Assembly: GCA_036172245.1 (NCBI GenBank)
Contig: JAYWIR010000016.1
Span: 1,302,001 to 1,366,000, forward strand
Source of the DNA: Raillietiella orientalis
Taxonomy: Eukaryota
Direction of reading: 5' to 3'
Length of the DNA: 64,000 bases
The translations under genes and the position numbers were made by a program. This document shows positions 61,476 to 64,000 of this stretch, in pieces (the stretch's first letter is position 1; each line of letters opens with the position of its first letter). The notes below the pieces were generated by a model. The model was not told the DNA's origin. It did not search any database and saw only the letters and a program-made list of their open reading frames with translations.

Positions 61476-62109
61476 CTCTGAGACGCGGGCGCGACCTCGA
61501 TCGACCCGCTCTTATTCGATCCTCAGCCTCCTTGGAGCAAAGGCCTCGTGGCGCCTGTTCCTCCCTGGGTCACCATCGATTGAGACTCGCGCAAGGATGC
61601 TGCACCGCAGCCAAGACGCTATGAGATATGGAGTCGGTTGCTCGGCACATCCGGCAAGGCACCTCCCGACCGAACCGACGGCAGCATCGCTTGCAATGAG
61701 GGGTAGCTAGCCGGAGGACAAGTGAGTGGCATCCAGTCCTCCGATGCGCGGGACTGAGCGAGCCCTGCAGGGCGAGCGTGGGGGTGGCCCAACACGCTCA
61801 GAGGAAGAGGGTCTGGAGGCACAAAAGGTCTCAGGAATCCCTTGGGTCCTCTCGCGACGTGGGAGGTGACCGCCTCCCTTGCTGCCGGCACCTCGTACGC
61901 CACCGAGCTTGGAGCGCCGAGGCAGCTGCGCCGCCACGCGAGCTGTCTCGGTGCCGCGCAAGATGGCTCCTTGCACCATGAGAGGGTAGAGGGTATCCGT
62001 CCGAGTTTGGCAAAACGCCCCGCGAGGGTGTTTATGCCCCTCTTCTGAACAGCGGCGCGGCGGGAAGACCGGCGTCAGGGAGGCGCGACTTACACGGGTG
62101 GGACAGGCG

Positions 62110-63080
62110 CTCCGATCACGCACGGGCTCTGCAGGACGTCATCGTGCAGTCCACCACGTGTGCGTGGGAGCAAAGAACCTCCCTAGCCACGACACTGACC
62201 TCTCTCACGGAGCACCTGGGCAGTAACCAGCCGGCCAAATGGGAGGTCCGATGTAAGATCGGTGCAAGAGCGAAGGAATTAGGTGGTTGGACCACGGACC
62301 AGCTCACGGACGCTGCGGCCCCAAGTGCCCCATCGAAAGGACTATTGCGCTGGGGTGAACTTCTGGGAATCCTACAAGAAGACCTTGAGTGGCTCCCAGC
62401 GCTGAAGCACAACCGGGCCCTCCCCTTGAAGTGACACGAATCAGCACTTTTGCTGCTGCATTGGGACCTCCCGTGCTACGCCCGCCGGTCTCACTTGAAC
62501 CGGGGGCTCTGGACCCCAACTGCTGCAAGTGCAGGCAACGGAAATCCTCCCGCATGTGCTTGTACACTGTGTTGCCCTCCGGCCCCTGTGGTTGCGTTAC
62601 GCAACGGCCCTTGGTGCACTAACAGACAATCCCAGATACGTGATGATGCGCCTCTTCGTGCGCGCGATGTCCTTTCGCCTGTCGCTTCTCTAGAAGCTGT
62701 TTGCTACCTACACGGGATTCTGGCAGCGGCCTACGCGAGAGGAGGATGGCGCGATAGGGACTCCATCTTCTCCCTGCACTTCATGAGGACGGCAGCAAGA
62801 TGGCTCCACCTGGGACATACTTGGATGGAACTTGCCGGCATTCTGGAAAGGATGCAGAGGACACCTTCCAGCTCCCGGTGATCCCATCCCTAACCCTCCC
62901 AATTTTTTTGTATACATTTTTTTATTTTATTTTTGCTTGCTCCCTCCCCTCCGCTGTCGAGGCGAATCTCGCCGGCCTGCCTGCCGGTTACTCGAGCATT
63001 TTCTGATAGTGTGGGACCGATGGTCCTACACATGTGTGTTTATTTTTTATGATAAGCGTCCCGGAGTGACTGGGTGATAA
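62110..63080 (+). mobile_element. 5'-truncated Tx1/L1-clade LINE (ORF2 C-terminus + 3'UTR)
   Basis: AWEQRTSLA...AKWEV...GGWTTDQLTDAAAPS..KGLLRWGELLG...LPLK*..LLHW is homologous to 18187-18948. The 3'UTR has CTCCGCTGTCGAGG and the terminal CGTCCCGGAGTGACTGGGTG. Confidence 0.85.
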
Positions 63081-64000
63081 ACCACGCGCGGATGAAGCAA
63101 GTCTCACAAGCATCCATTGAACCGAGGAGGAGCAGCCCCGCGTTGCCGTCCCAGGTTCTTCGGGCGGCGGCAACCAAGGTCGCACGTACCAAGGCCAACC
63201 AAGGTCGGCGCAGTCTTCTCGCTGCAATCCTGAAGATGGCCAAATGACCAGTAAGGCTCAGCGGCTCCAGACTCCTTCCGAACCCGCAGTCTCCGGCTGC
63301 AGCGAGTGCATCACGTGTGGACCACCCGGCCGCATCCCTGCTGTGACATCCAGTTGCATCGATGTAACAATCAGCAGTAATCATTAGTTCTATTATTACC
63401 ATTTTCTATTTCGCTCGACATAGGTGGCGCACGCTAGCGTGCAAAGGGATGCACCGGATTGGGTTGTCAAAACATAACAGCCTCGTTGATGACGCCAAGA
63501 GTTCATCTTAAATGCAGTAGGAGCGGTGGCTGTAGTAATAATGATAAATTATTCGTGAACGCTCCCTTTGCGAAGGCGGAACTTCTCCCACACCCATGGG
63601 ACGTGTCGAAAAGGAGCTGACTGGCACACCGTCCGACGGCTCCACTCCAGTGAAACCGTCCATGGCAACGCTCGATCCGTCCCGCGAAACAGGAGGTGCC
63701 GTGGCGCGTGCGCCGTGGCAACCGCACGCCGTTTCGTCTCGTTACGGAGGTTCGCAAGAGCAGTCGCTCCGTAACCCCCCGGCAAGCTCCCGTGACCGGA
63801 GCTGTCCGTCGACGAGGGAAGCTGCCGCAGCTCGGCTCCCGTCCGAAGTGCCGAGCTGGCAGAGCGGAAAGCTTTCGTAAGAGAAGGGAAACGGGGCTTG
63901 GATCGAGACTCGCTTCGGTACGGGAGAAGCTTTTCCACCCCTTCCCTCCTCCCCGATGGCGGCATGGGATCCCATGGGCAGAGGAGCGCCTTTGGCCGTC

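Overview
This is eukaryotic (animal-like) genomic DNA, GC-rich over most of its length and dominated by decayed retroelements. I cannot assign the species. One intact host gene is recognisable: an 11-exon polo-like kinase of the PLK2/3/5 type (+, 49027-59588, ~625 aa) with a kinase domain and two polo boxes. A 34-codon uORF overlaps its start in an ATGA arrangement, and it sits behind a CpG/G-rich promoter region. A ~6.6-kb Tx1/L1-clade non-LTR retrotransposon (-, 17577-24187) is flanked by a 10-bp target-site duplication and splits a copy of a long tRNA-headed SINE-like family; five copies of that family occur in the window. Related LINE fragments are nested inside the large element and also lie at ~62-63 kb, and four 3' ends share a conserved terminal stem-loop. 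A convergent inverted pair of U2 snRNA-like sequences lies at 5.2-5.6 kb; neither has the canonical branch-point-recognition sequence, but both keep the downstream stems. Other features are a 67-69-bp minisatellite beside a perfect 16-bp hairpin, probable DIRS (tyrosine-recombinase retrotransposon) relics at ~29.7-33.3 kb, and several short repeats. Most ORFs in the six-frame track are spurious GC-rich frames. All homology calls come from motif recognition by eye; no database searches were run.
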